Below, one piece after another: positions 36,726 through 50,489 of a stretch of 64,000 nucleotides of DNA (position 1 is the first letter of the stretch; each line of letters starts with the position of its first letter). Origin of the DNA: Malacoraja senta (Eukaryota); NCBI GenBank assembly GCA_038087875.1, contig CM075996.1:7132001-7196000 (forward strand). The letters run 5' to 3'. A program made the position numbers and the translations under genes. Under the pieces are notes generated by a model. It worked only from the letters and a program-made list of their open reading frames with translations. It was not told the origin of the DNA and did not search any database.

Positions 36726-37071
36726 TGTCAGGCAGCATCTCTGAAAAAAAAAAAAAAGAATAGGTGACGTTCCGGGTCGATACCCTTCAGACTTTCGGTC
36801 TCAACCCAAGATGTCACCTATCCATATTCTCCAGAGATGCTGCCTGTCCCGCTGAGTTCAGCATTTTGTTTCTACCTCCAGTGTAAACCAGCATCTGCAG
36901 TTCCTTCCGACACATCTCTCCAAACTAACCTTGCCCTCTGTGTCTCGCTGTCAAGTTTTGTCTGATCTTCCTGAGGTGTTAATGGTAGACTTCGAATGGG
37001 ATTTTTTTTTTTGTGTGTGTACATGATTTGTATCACCACTGAAACTGTTGATGAACTTGTCCAACTCGTAA

Positions 37072-37725
37072 AGGGCCTGTCCCACTTGGCTGTCATTCGC
37101 GCGCCATTTACGCGATCTGCTAGCGTGTGGGTAGTGCGTGGGTAGCGCGGGGACGGGCGCATGGAGTGGTGTGGAGGAGTGTGGAGTGGCGTTGAGGAGT
37201 GTGGACTTCGTCCTGCACTAAATCTTCGCGCACCACCGGCCTGTCGCGTAACTGACGGGCAAAGTGAAGTGGTACAGGCCCAAGACCCTGGCGCGGCGCA
37301 ACGTCTCACCTCCAACAGCGGCAGAAGCAGGCAAACGATCGCCGAGCTCGGCCTGGGGCTCACGGCCATTGCGGATCCGGATCCGCCCCCACTCCTACTC
37401 CCAGAGGCCAAGACGATTGGAGATAGACACAAAATGCTGGAGTAACTCAGTGGGACCGGCAGCATCTCTGGAGAGAAGCAATGGGTGACGTTTCGGGTCA
37501 AGACCCTTCTTCAGACTGAAGAAGTGTTTCGACCCGAAACGTCATCCATTCCTTCTCTCCAGAGATGCTGCCGGTCCCGCTGAGTTACTCCAGCATTTTG
37601 TGTCCATCTTCAAATGACGTCACGCGCTCCAGACGGCTGTGCGGACGCATGATGACGTGCGCGACCGTTACGCGACTGTCACTACCGTCCTGTCACGTAA
37701 ATGACGGCCAAGTGGGACAGGCCCT
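37072..37725. mobile_element. PIF/Harbinger MITE
   Basis: 26-bp TIR AGGGCCTGTCCCACTTGGCYGTCATT with a perfect TAA TSD. Confidence 0.9.
37419..37612. mobile_element. Palindromic hammerhead-bearing pLTR unit nested in a Harbinger MITE
   Basis: Near-perfect inverted arms centred on CTTCTTCAG-A-CTGAAGAAG (~37515). Confidence 0.8.
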
Positions 37726-37774
37726 TAAGAATTTGCATTGAGGTATAATCAGAGAGTGAAAGCCAACAAAGGCG

Positions 37775-37788
37775 CCACTAGATGGAGC
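37775..37788 (+). promoter_or_regulatory. CTCF-like motif
   Basis: CCACTAGATGGAGC, one mismatch to the consensus, in unique sequence. Confidence 0.4.
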
Positions 37789-38569
37789 ACTGTTCATAAG
37801 TTGGCCATATCATGTAATTAATACGTCAAACTGTTGTTGGGGCATTAATTATGCCCACTATCGCAACATTTAAGAAGCAATTAGACAGGTACTTGGATAG
37901 GACAGATTTAAAAGGATATTGGCCAAATGCAGGCATGGGACTAGTGTGGGCTGGTGCAGGCAAGTTGGGCTGAAGGGCTTGTTTCTACACTATGACTATT
38001 TCCCAAATACTCTATCTGTGGAATTATCTGCCACAGAAGGTAGTGTAGGCCAATTCACTGGACATGGCTGTGCTGGCTTGAAGGGCCGAATGGCCTACTC
38101 CCGCATCTATTTTCTATGTTTTTATTAATGTCAGTTGTCCCAACAGTTGGCTGCCAAAAGGAGAGAAACTAGGCTTCAGATCAACCGCGTAGCTAGATCC
38201 AAATGCAATAGGATACATCGACCAGCGATCGAATCAACTTGTGCTGGAGTAACTCAGTGGGTCAGGCAGCATCTCTGTAGAAAAAGGATGGGTGATGTTT
38301 TGGGTCGGGACCCTTCTTCAGACCCATGTGATGGTGTGGTCAGACGAAGGGTCCCGACCCGGAACGGTGCTCATTCCTTTGCTCCAGAGATGCTGCCTGA
38401 GCAGCTGAGTTATTTTGTGTCTAGTCTATCTCCAGTGTAAAGCAGAATCTGCTATTCCTTCATGCCAAATCAACTTGCCGGTTTGGACTATCGATAGTAA
38501 CCAGACGTTGCTTAACTGCATTGGTAGGATTGTGTGAGGGTGTATTAACTAGTTGAGGTCAATGTTTGA

Positions 38570-39068
38570 GAATAGACAATAGGTGCAGGAGTAGGCCATT
38601 CGGCCCTTCGAGCCAGCACCGCCATTCTTGGCTGATCATCCCCAATCAGTACCCCGTTCCTGCCTTCTCCCCATATCCCCTGACTCCGCTATTTTTAAGA
38701 GCCCTATCTAGCTCTCCCTTGAAAGTATCCAGAGAACCGGCCTCCACCGCCCTCCGAGGCAGAGAATTCCACAGACTCAACTCTCTGTGAGAAAAAGTGT
38801 TCCCTCGTCTCCGTTCTAAATGGCTTACCCCTTATTCTTAAACTGTGTGGCCCCTGGTTCTTTGAGTCCCCCCAACATCGGGAACATGTTTCCTGCCTCT
38901 AGCGTGTCCGAACCCTTAACAATCTTATATGTTTCAATAAGATCCCCTCTCATCCTTCCAAACTCCAGAGTGTACAAGCCCAGCCGCTCCAGTCTCTCAG
39001 CATATGACAGTCCCGCCATCCTGGGAATTAACCTTGTAAACCTACGCTGCACTCCCTCAATAGCAAGA
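38570..39068 (-). mobile_element. CR1 LINE 3' fragment
   Basis: AIEGVQRRFTRLIP...RMRGDLIETYKI on the minus strand. Confidence 0.9.
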
Positions 39069-40636
39069 ATAGCAAACTCTTTCAAATGGGCAGAAGTTGA
39101 GGCCATGTCATCTGCTCCAGCGAGAGCTTTGTGGAACCCATGTGCATTGTATCGTGCTTCTACATGGCAATGTTACACTGCATTCATTCTCACTCATTCT
39201 TTGATGTAAAGACTGTTGCACAGTTAGAAACATTGTACATTTACAGAATCTCATAGATGCGGACAAATTGTCTCCAAACCAGCAATAGTAAACATAAATG
39301 CAATTTAAGAAATCTCTCGCCTTGTGATGACTTGCTGGAATCCCAACTGCACTCTGACCCATTTGACATTAATCCGGTGAAGGCACTTTGTTGGAGCGGT
39401 ACAGTTGCACCCTCATTACCAGAGGTCCGGGTTTCTGTTTCTGCGCTGTATCTCTAAACTAAATAGTCAAAGTCAAAGTCATTTTTATTCCTCACATGCA
39501 CATCACATGCAGTGAAATGAATTTGCCAGCAGCGATACACTTAAAAAGAGCACACAATACACAATAAGATTTAACACAAACATCCACCACAGCATTCATC
39601 ACTGTGGGGGAAGGCAACAAAGTTCAGCCAGTCCTCCTCCTTTGTTCACCCGTGGTCGGGGTCATTAAACCCTCCGTGGTCGCCGCTACAGACGGCCCGA
39701 TGTACAGGCGGGTGGAACGCACTCCGCTGCTTGGAGGTCCCGAGTCGGCACTTTCCTGCCGGGGTCCTACAGGATGTTATAGCCCGCAAGCTCTTCTCTG
39801 GCGCGGGATCCCAGGCTCCGGGTGGTAAGTCCACGCCCCTCCCGCGGCTAGAAGCTCCACAGACCGCGGCTTCCGGATCTTCTGTCGTGTGGCGTGCACA
39901 GCCTAAAGTTGTTGGGCAACTTGTTCTATTTGATCTTCCGTTTGTGCACGTCGAGTTGATTGCATTAGTCGAAACAGGGCAGACCACCTGAAGGTTGCAA
40001 TCTTCCACCCCCAGCTTCAGGATGTTACAGGAGAACTCCGCTTCAGCCCCGGCCACTTAACGATTATGTTACTGCACCTATGATGTGTCCACACCTCTTG
40101 TCATTATGGCCACAGATGCCTCACAGGAAGGGAAGTGCAGTCAGATTAGGATGAGTTCCTCATCAGATTCTGCAGGGGTGCAACAAAGTCCCTTGTTAGC
40201 ATGGAACTGAGCGAGTGAGCAGGAGATGGACACTAAATCCTGGACGGGCAGCATCTCTGGAGAAAACGGAAGGGTCACTTGTGATCTTATGACACAGAAC
40301 ATCACCCATTCCTTCTCTCCAGAGATGCTGCCTGTCCCGCCGAGTTACTCCAGAACCAGAGAGCAGTGCTGAACTACTATCTACCTCTTTGGTGACCCTC
40401 GGACTATCCTTGGTCGGGCTTTGCTGGCTTTACCTTGCATTAAACGTTATTCCCTTATCATGTATCTGTACGCTGTGAATGAATCGATTGTAATCATGTG
40501 TTGCCTTTCCGCTGACTGGTTAGCACGCAACAAAAAGTTTTTCACTGTACCTCGGTACACGTGACAATAAACTAAACTGAACAACCGAACTTAAAAGCAG
40601 AGACTAATTTTCTTGGTGATAAAACCACGGGCACAA

Positions 40637-40836
40637 NNNNNNNNNNNNNNNNNNNNNNNNNNNNNNNNNNNNNNNNNNNNNNNNNNNNNNNNNNNNNNNN
40701 NNNNNNNNNNNNNNNNNNNNNNNNNNNNNNNNNNNNNNNNNNNNNNNNNNNNNNNNNNNNNNNNNNNNNNNNNNNNNNNNNNNNNNNNNNNNNNNNNNNN
40801 NNNNNNNNNNNNNNNNNNNNNNNNNNNNNNNNNNNN
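40637..40836. other. Assembly gap (200 N)
   Basis: Run of N. Confidence 0.99.
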
Positions 40837-41781
40837 GGCCCTTCGGCCCACCTTGCCCATGCTGACCCAAATGCCCCAGACATTTAGACGGGTACATGGA
40901 TGGGAAAGGGTTTTGAGGGAAATGGACCGACCGCACGCAGTAGAGCGTACAAACTCTGCACAGACCAGCACCCGTGGTCGGGATCGAACCCTGGTCTCTG
41001 GTGCTGCAACTCTACCGCTGCGCCACCGTAACTTGCAGTTGAACAATCTGGTCATTCCTACACCAGTTTTCCCAATGTCCCTCTGCACATCCGATTTCTC
41101 AATCTTCTCCCCATTTAAGAAAATAGTCCACGCCTTTATCCCTGCTATCAAAATGCTTGACTCCACACTTTACTACGCTGTGAGGTGATGCCTCGCTGCG
41201 GAATCGCTGGTAGTGTTCTTTCTAAACTCACGAGGCTTCCCCTCAAGTAAAATATTTAAACAGAACCTCAGACGTTATGCTGGTGTATCTCTCCAGTCCG
41301 CTAATGCGTGCGTGCGTACGTGCGTGCGTGCGTGCGTCTGAAACTATGACCGTGCCTCTCATTCACTGCATTATCTAAGAAACATGAATAAATATTTTCA
41401 ACAATTGCGGTGGCTTCTCTTGAGTTCTTTATCGCGTACTTCAGGGGAAGCGGGGCAAAGAATCATTTAGTCCTGGAGGTACAGCGCCAAAGCAGGCCCT
41501 TCGTCGAATCCACTCCGCCATTCGGCGAGGAGAGGGACGTCGGTTCGCCGGTCGATCCACGCTGGCCCAAGGAAGGCGGCGGCTGGAGGCCGTGCAGCAG
41601 CCTGGGGCTCGCCTAGATCGGGCACCGCTCGTATCTACTAGAGCGCGGGCTGGACTGGGAAAATGGCGCCAAGACACGGCACCTCTTACATGCGGGCTCA
41701 GTGGATGATTTCTGTACATCGGAGATCATGAGGTCATAAGGAAAAGGAGTAGAATTAGGCCATTCGGCCCATGAAGTATCC

Positions 41782-43010
41782 CAGGGCTGCCAACATTAGG
41801 TGAGAGTTGAGAGTGAGAAATTGCGAGGGAGCCTAGCAACCGGGGGGGGGGGGGGGGGGAGGGGTTCCCCCTCCCACGGTAGGGAGCTTTTGCATTTTTC
41901 AGCTTGAAATTGTGCAATCTGGTGCATACTGTAGCGAGTCTTTTAACTTACACTTGAATGCAACATTATGCTTTAAATTGGATTAGGTATGAATAAGGTT
42001 AGGCTAAATTACATTCCTAATTACATTCCACAATAGAGCCAGGCTCTGATCAACAGGTGCAGCACATGGATGACTGTATTCATGTATGGAAATCAGATTA
42101 TATTCATGCTGTTATGTATATATATAGAGAAACAAAGCAAGTCAGACTTCCATCACTGTTCTGCACAAATAAATCAATCAATCTTGTCCAAGAAGGAACT
42201 GCAGATGCTGATGAATCGAAGGTAGACAAAATTGCTGGAGAAACTCAGCGGGTGCGGCAGCATCTATGGAGCGAAGGAAATAGGCAACGTTTCGAGCCGA
42301 AACCCTTCTTCAGACGGTTTCAACCTTACCCTTTGAATATAGAAACAAGACGAAAATAATGCCACATATTCAATCATATATGGTTCAATGAAATTAAGAT
42401 ATATATGTAAAAATATATATGGAAACAGGCCCTTCCGCCCACCAAGTCCACACCGACCAGCAATCTATCATACACCAGTTCCATCCAACAAGCCAGGACA
42501 ATTTACAGAAGCCAATTAACCTACAAACCGGCACTTCTTTCGGATATGGGAGAAACCGGAATATCCAGAGAAAACCCATGTGGTAGTAAGGCAGCAACTC
42601 TACCACTGCGCCACCGTGCCACCCCATTACATTATATTTTCTATAATATATTTATTATGGTGTCACGTGAATAAAGATGAACACATGATTCTGATTTCTG
42701 CCCTTAGTTGGATAACACACATGTCCAGTCATTGTGTTTTATGGCTGGTTTTCAACCTCTTCAGGCTGAAGGTCTCGACCCGAAACATCACCCATTCTTT
42801 CTCTCCAGAGATGCTGCCTGTCCTGCTGAGTTTTTCTTGTTTTTAGTGTCTATCTTCAGTTTAAACCAGCATCTGCAATTCCTTCCTACACTATTTGTTA
42901 AGCAAAACAGGTCGTATTCTCATTATATAATTTTGTGATCAGCGTGAGAGCGTGAGAGTTTTGTGAAATGCGTGAGTCTCACTCTCAATGCGTGAGAGTT
43001 GGCAGCCCTG
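41782..43010. mobile_element. hAT (Tip100-like) non-autonomous element with nested SINE/pLTR insertions
   Basis: TIR CAGGGCTGCCAAC / GTTGGCAGCCCTG and subterminal GCGTGAGA repeats. No matching TSD, so possibly composite. Confidence 0.6.
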
Positions 43011-43371
43011 CTAATAATGCAAACATTTTATGCAAGTTCCAATTGTTTGGACAAAAATCACTTATTACTGCTTTATAACAGTTAAGTTACATTAAGACCA
43101 TTCAGAAATTATGGCAGTCAACAAAAAATCAACTAACAAATTAAAGCAAACTAACAGAAAATAACGTTCCCTTTCCTGACTCTACCTCATAAGTACTTTA
43201 ACGCTGTTAACACAGCAAAGGGATATTAATCTCAAGAATCAAAATGGGGAAAGTGAGGGCAATTTTGCTTAAATGGTCATTCTAAGCCCATTCAGATCTG
43301 CATAGAGTCAGAGTTATACAACATGTACATGGCTGGCCCAATTTGTCCATAATGATCAAGTTGGCATTCTG

Positions 43372-43470
43372 CGTGCCCAGGGACTGGCTGCCGTTCCCAG
43401 ATCAGCTCGCGTCCCAGGGACTGGCTGCCGTTCCCAGATCAGCTCGCGTCCCAGGGACTGGCTACAGTTC
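43372..43470. repeat. 37-bp tandem repeat, ~2.6 copies (CCCAGGGACTGGCTGCCGTTCCCAGATCAGCTCGCGT)
   Basis: Read directly from the sequence. Confidence 0.9.
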
Positions 43471-43649
43471 TCAGGTCGGCTTGCCTGCCCCGACCCCGTG
43501 AAAACAAATTGAAAAAAACAACATGTTTTTTCGGGTTAGGGGCCGGATTCGGCCCGTGTGCCGTAGGTTGCCGAACCCTGTCCTAGATGTTTGGCCTCAT
43601 TGTGGTCCCCCCCATGTTTTACAACCAATTCACCTGGTTAGTTCTATCT

Positions 43650-44272
43650 CCAGCTGCTTCATGTTGTCGGCGGCTGCACATCCAACCAAGAAAGAAGAGA
43701 AGAGAAGAAATGCAACGTCACTCACAGCCGCCAACTGACGCGCTTCCCCAGACTGCACAGATCGCTGTGATGTGGCGCAAAAGAGACAAACTGTGCAGGG
43801 ACCGAAGACAGCGTGAGAATTCTGTCATCAGCGTGAGCATTGGCTGAAATGCGTGACTCTCACGCTCAAAGCGTGAGAGTTGGCAGCCCTGTCTAAGGCC
43901 AGGATGTGAGAACAGACACACTGGGAGACACACACACACAGGGAGACACACACACACACACACACACAGGGAGACAGACACAGACACACAGGGAGACACA
44001 CACACACAGGGAGACACACACACACACACACACACAGGGAGACAGACACACACACACAGGGAGACACACACACACACACACACACAGGGAGACAGACACA
44101 CACACACAGGGAGACAGACACACACACACACACAGGGAGACAGACACACACCCACAGGGAGACAGACACACACACACACACACACACACAGGGAGACAGA
44201 CACACACACACACAGGGAGACAGACAGACAGACACACACACACACACACACACACAGGGAGACAGACAGACA

Positions 44273-44307
<35 letters not shown>

Positions 44308-44469
44308 TTTCTTCCCCCTCCCTCCATCCACCCCTTCCTCCCTCCTGCCCCCATCCTTCCCTCTTTCCTCCCCCTCCCTCTTTCTCCACTTTCTCCTTTC
44401 CTTCCTTCATCCCCCTTTCTACATTCCCTCCCCTTGTCTCTCTTTGCCTCCATCCCTCCCTTTTTTCTT

Positions 44470-44511
<42 letters not shown>

Positions 44512-45815
44512 CCCTCCCTCTCTCTCCCCGGCGGCCCAATGGGGAGTCTGGCGGGCACGGTGTAGCGTGGATTGGCGGCGCTGGCGCTGCCGTGTGAGTT
44601 GAAGGGCAGGAGGGAGCGAGGCTGCAGCGGCGGGCGGCAGCGCAGCGCTCACAGCCGGCACATAGAGCTGCTGAACCCGCCCGGCGGCTGCACATCCAAC
44701 ATGCAAGAGAGAAGAGACGCAACGTCACTCACAGCCGGCAACCGACGCGCTTCCCCAGACCGTGGCACGCGGCGCAAAGGGACAAACTGTGCAGGGACTG
44801 AACTCAGCGTGAGAACTCAGTCATGAGCGTGAGGGCGTGAGAATTTGCTCCAAGGCGTGATTCTCACGCTGGTTCTCACGCAGCCCTCCGCCATTCATCC
44901 ATGGCTGATCTATCTCTCCCTCCTAACCCCATTCTCCTGCCTTCTCCCCATAACCTCTGACACACCCACACTAATCAAGAATCTATCTATCTCTGCCTTA
45001 AAAAATATCCACAGATTCACCACCATCAGACTAAATAAATTTCTCCTTATCTCCTTCCAAAAAGAACGTCCTTTAATACTAAGGCTATGACCTGTAGCCC
45101 TAGACTCTCCCACCAGTGGAAACATCCACTGGTTTAGTTTATTGTCACGTGTACTGAGCTACAGGGAAAAGCTTTTGTTGCGTGCTAACCAGTCAGCGGA
45201 AAGACAATACATGATTACAATCCAGCCGTTCACAGTGTACAGATACAGGATAAAGGAATAAATATTTTCTTGCTATTGAGGGAGTGCAGCGTAGGTTTAC
45301 AAGGTTAATTCCCAGGATGGCGGGACTGTCATATGCTGATAGATTGGAGCGGCTGGGCTTGTACACTCTGGAGTTTAGAAGGATGAGAGGGTATCTCATT
45401 GAAACATATAAGATTATTACGGGTTTGGATACGCTAGAGGCAGGAACATGTTCCCGATGTTGGGGGAGACCAGAACCAGGGCCCACAGTTTAAGATTAAG
45501 GGGTAAGCCATTTAGAACGGAGACGAGGAAAAACGTTTTCACACAGAGGGTTGTGAGTCTGTGGAATTCTCTGCCTCAGAGGGCGGTGGAGGCCAATTCT
45601 CTGTATACTTTCAAGAGAGAGCTAGATAGGCCCCTTAAAGATAGCGGAGTCAGGGGATATGGGGAGAAGGCAGGAACGGGGTACTGATTGGGGATGATCA
45701 GCCATGATCACATTGAATGGCGCAAAAGAGACAAACTGTGCAGGGACTGAAGACAGCGTGAGAATTCTGTCATCAGCGTGAGCATTGGCTGAAATGCGTG
45801 ACTCTCACGCTCAAA
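43650..45815. mobile_element. Cluster of duplicated hAT right-end fragments
   Basis: Related segments at 43650-43891 (ending GTTGGCAGCCCTG), 44685-44880 and 45719-45815, interleaved with microsatellite and CR1. Confidence 0.6.
43910..44530. repeat. (CA)n/GGGAGACA minisatellite plus CT-rich tract
   Basis: Read directly from the sequence. Confidence 0.95.
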
Positions 45816-45870
45816 GGGCTGGCTCGAAGGGCCAAATGGCCTCCTCCTGCACCTATTGTCTCTTGTCTAA
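45262..45870 (+). mobile_element. CR1 LINE 3' fragment
   Basis: QRRFTRLIP...RVVSLWNSLP; 3' UTR interrupted by a hAT fragment. Confidence 0.88.
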
Positions 45871-48800
45871 TAGTGCAAAGGAGTGAGAGCAGTGGTGATC
45901 TAGCTCTCCCTCCTAACCCAATACTCCTGCCTTCTCCCCATGACCTCTGACACTTGCCTTACTGTAGGGAATGTACTTGGCTACGACAATACTGGACTGT
46001 TTGTGAAGAAAATAATTTCAACGGTGGGTTTGCAGCTGAGTTCACAGGTGAGAATAAAAACACCATTGAACCATTGAGTGCCATCAAAACTTGAGGAGCG
46101 ACCCCTTCGCAGACTGCGCCACGGTGGCCCAGCGGTAGAGTTGCTGCCTTACAGCAAATGCAGCGCTGGAGACCCGGGTTCGATCCCGACTACGGGTGCC
46201 GTCTGTACGGAGTTTGTACGCTCTCCCCGTGACCTGCGTGGGTTTTCTCCGAGATCTTCGGTTTCCTCCTGCACTCCCAAGACGTGCAGGTTTGTAGGTT
46301 AATTGGCTTGGTGTAAATGTAAATATTGTCCCTAGTGTGTGTGGGATAGTGTTAGTGCGCGGGGATCGCTGGTCGGCGAGGACCCGGTGGGCCGAAGGGC
46401 CTGTTTCCGCTCTGTATCTCTAAACCAAACTAAACACACACATAAAGTAGACACAAGGAACTGCAAGTGATGGTTTACCCCCAAAACAAATACAAAAACT
46501 GCCGGAGTAACTCAGCAGGTCGGGCAACATCTGTGGGGGACATGGATAGGTGACGGAATGGGTCGGGACCCTTCTTCAGACTGATTGGATTTGGGGAGGG
46601 GGGAGAAAGCTGGAAGAGATGTAAGGGGGGGGGGGGGTGGGGGGGACAAAGCCCAGCAAGTGATAGGTGGATAGACACATAGTGCTGGAGTAACTCAGTG
46701 GGTCAGGCAGCATCTGTGGAGAAAAGGGATAGGTGATGTTTTGGAACGGGGCCTTTCTTCAGACCGAGAGTCGGGGGGGGGAGAGGGGGAAAGCGAGAGA
46801 TATGGAAAGAGCAAATGAAAGAAAGGACAAATCAGCGGCCGGCGACGATGATGAAAGGAAGGTGGAGCCCACAATGGTCCATTGTTGGCTGTGGATACAG
46901 GTGTTTTATTGGCAGATGGTTGGACAAAGGCCAGAGATGGTTTCGTTTAGTTTAGTTTAGTTTAGAGATGCAGCACAGAAACAGGCCCTTCAGCCCACCG
47001 AGTCCGCCCGACCAGCTATTTCCGCACACTAGCGCTATCCTACACACACTCGGGACAAACTACAATTATCCCAAGCCAATTAACCAACAAACCTGCACGT
47101 CGTTGGAGTGTGGCGGGAATGTGAAGATCTCGGAGAAATCCAAACGCAGGTCACGGGGAAGAACGTACAAACTCCGTACAGGCAACCACCCGTGGTCAGG
47201 ATCGAACCCGGGTCTCTGGCGCTGAGCGGCAGCAACTCTACCGCTGTGCCACCGTTTGCCAGCCTGGGAGGAAGGGAAAGAAGGCGAAAGGCTGTGGGAT
47301 ATGGGGAGAAGAGGCTTGAAATTGTGAAGCCAGAGGAAGGAATACAAAGGGGAAGGACTCGGTCTTGGTGTTGGCTTAATACAGCAATACAGTGAAACCC
47401 TTCACTTGAGATACTATACACATCCAATCCAGCCACACACGTACAACAAAGCATCTACACCAGTCCCACTTGCCTGCATTTGGCCCATATCCCTCTAAAC
47501 CTGTCCTATCCATGTATCATTCATCATCGTTGAAAACATTAGCGACCCAGTGGCGCTGGTTTCCGACGGGAACGGTGACGGACGCTCCACACATCTCTGT
47601 CCTCCAGTTCCTGCGGACTTCCGCCGCTGGAAGTCCAGGATTTTGGTGTGTGTGTGTGTGTGCTTTATCATCATTCCTTACAATGACAGTGATCGCAACT
47701 TCTACTGAAGTGTGGATGGCCGTCGGCTCGCGAGGAGCTCATCCACCCTTTGACAGGTCTTGTTTTTGGTCCTGCTGGGGGTCCACAGCCCCCTCCTCAC
47801 CTGGCAACCCAGGTGGGGGAGACGGTTTAGTCGCCGACTATCCGACCCTGGAGCAGGTAGCACGGGATTACATGGTACCCGTGTTGGGGGGGGGAACTAC
47901 CCCCCGACCTGACCTGAAAACCCCCCACAAAAACTGCCGGAGTAACTCACCAGTCTAACTGCTTCCTAACCGTTGGGATAGTCCCTGCCTCGACTATCTC
48001 CTCCGGCAGCTCGTCCCAAACACACCCACCACTCTTTGTGTGAAAGAACAGATTGCTATAAAATCTTTGAAGGGGGAAAGATTTTATCCCATAAACCTAC
48101 GCCCTCTGGTTCTCGATTCCCCTTCTCTGGGCAAGAGACTCTACCCGGTCTATTCCTCTCCTGACTTTGTACACCTCTGTAAGGTCACCCCTCATCCTCC
48201 TGCGCTCCAAGGAGTGAGGTCCCAGCCTGCTCAACCTCCCCCACTAACTCAGGCTCTCGAGTTCTGGCACCAACCTCTAACAACCCCTCCCCACCCCCCC
48301 CCCTCCCTTTTCTCCTCCACCACCCCCTCTCTCTTTCCCCTCCGCTCCCCTCCGTCCCACCTGGACTCCCGCCCATTTCTCCCCTCCCCTTCCCCCTCCT
48401 CCGAGCTTCCTTCCTCCAACTTCACAATTCGCAACTCTTCAATTGGGAGAGGAGGCAGGGTAACGGGGTTGAGAGGGAAAAATAGTTCAGCCATGATCGA
48501 ATGGCAGAACGGGCTCGATGGGCCGAATGGCCTCACCCTGCTCCTATGGCACAGCGGTTGAATGCCTGCCTTCGAGCGCCAGGGACCCAGCTTTGATCCC
48601 CACCACCTTTCTCCGGTTTCCTCCCACACTCCAAAGGCCAGCGGGTTTGTAGGTTAATTGTCCCCAGTGTGTGTCGGGTAGAACTAGTGTGTAGGAAGGA
48701 ACTGCAGATGCTGGTTTAAACCAAAAATAGACACAAAGTACTGGAGTAACTCAGCGGGACAGGCAGCATCTCTGGAGAGAAGGAATGGGCGACATTTCGG

Positions 48801-49992
48801 GTCGAGACCCTTCTTTTTTTTTTAAACAGAAATAAATGTAATCAATTATTGCAAGAATAATATGAACAAACCCTCCACCATAATACAAAATCGTCCAAAT
48901 ATCTAAACAAATATTCTTAAATATGACCCTCTTAAACAATTAAAGGCAGACAAAAATGCTGGAGAAACTCAGCAGGTGAGGCAGCATCTATGGTGAGAAG
49001 GCTCTATTCCTTCGCTCCATAGATGCTGCCCCACCAGCTGAGTTTTTCCAGCATTTTTTGTCTACCTTCGATTTTTCCAGCATCTGCAGTTCTTTCTTAA
49101 ATTGTGAAACAATTATATCACCATCCTTATTAAGGACGCATCCCATCCGTAAATCGAGACCCTTCTTCAGACTGAGAGTTGGGGTGGGGGGGGGGGGGGG
49201 GAGGGAAACAAGAGATATAGACAGTGATGTAGAGAGATATAGAACAGATGAATGAAAGATATGCAGTTCAAGCAACGATGATAAAGGAAACAGGCCATTG
49301 GCAGCTGCTTGCTAGGTGAGAACGAGAAGCTGGTGCGACTTGGGTGGGGGGGGGAGGGAAGGAGGCCGAATGGCCTGCTCCTGCACCCATTGTCTGTGTC
49401 TCTGTGTTTCTATTAGGGCCATTCAAAGAGTCCAGACCCGAGACGTCACCTATTCCTTTTTTTTCCGGAGTTGCCGACTGGCCGTTGAGTTACTCCAGCT
49501 TTGTGCGTCAAACCTTTATGGACTTATAACGCAAGGGCGGAAATGGAAATGGATCTATTCCTGGCCCTGTAATCCCTCACCTGCACAAGGAATAAGTTTG
49601 TGGAAAAATCATATTGACTGAGCTCAGCAGTAGCCTGGGCAAGTTTGCTCGAGCTATTCATCGAGCAGAGCATCCTGAAGCCTTTAGGTCCGTTGTTCGT
49701 GAACGGAGGTGCTATCAACACAATTGTCAGGAAAGCTTCAAATACATCTGCCCCAACCTTAAAATAGCCGGCCTCTCTAAATCTGGCGTATCTGTCAGGA
49801 AAACCTCCGTCATTTGAGAAAAGCAACAAAAGGTTTATACAATCAGCCCAATTCAAAGACTACTTGCTCTCTCAAAGGCCTTTGATTTCCTTTTAAATAG
49901 CGCTTGATTTGAGGTGGGCGTCTAACGGATTTAGATCCTTAACTTAACCCCCGCACATTCCCTCCGCTCCCCTCTCCCCTCCCACTGCCTCC

Positions 49993-50470
49993 AAGAAATT
50001 GCAGCGGAATTGTGGACGCAGCCCAGACCATCGCACAGACCGACGACCTCCCTTCCATTGACTCCATCTACACCTCGCGCTGCCTGGGCAAGGCCAGCAG
50101 CATAATCAAGGACCAGTCTCACCCCCGGCCACTCCCTCCTCTCCCCTCTCCCATCGGGCAAGAGGTACAGAAGTGTGAAAACGCACACCTCCAGATTCAG
50201 GGACAGATTCTTCCCAACTGTTATCAGGCAACTGAACCATCCTACCACAACCAGAGAGCAGTCCTGAACTATTATCTACCTCATTGGTGACCCTCGGACT
50301 ATCCATGTTCGGACTTTACTGGCTTTACCTTGCACTAAACGTTATTCCCTTATCATGGATCTGTGCACTGCGGTCGGCTCAATTGTAATCATGTATTGTC
50401 TTTCCGCTGGCTGGTTAGCACGCAGCAAAAGCTTTTCACTGTACCTCGGTACACGTGACAATAAACTAAA
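49993..50470 (+). mobile_element. Rex1/Babar-type LINE 3' fragment; other copies at ~10150-10580(+), 20960-21385(-), 25500-26850(+), 40355-40580(+), 55360-55615(-)
   Basis: KASSIIKDxSHP...PLPSGKRYRS...RFRDSFFP.VIRQLN coding tail plus a shared 3' UTR ending GTGACAATAAACTAAAC. Confidence 0.75.
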
Positions 50471-50489
50471 CTGCAACTGTAACAGTCAT

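Noticed and set aside
40070..40140. YDVSTPLVIMATDASQEG resembling a Gypsy RT-RNaseH linker
   Set aside because: Too short, no flanking motifs or LTRs; could be chance.
40572..41188. ORFs spanning X runs
   Set aside because: Artefacts of the N gap.
43372..43470. CRISPR-like 37-bp repeats
   Set aside because: Direct tandem copies without spacers in a eukaryotic context.
43718..44826. ORFs and GC-rich patch resembling a CpG-island first exon
   Set aside because: Microsatellite plus internal sequence of a hAT element duplicated at 43650-43891.
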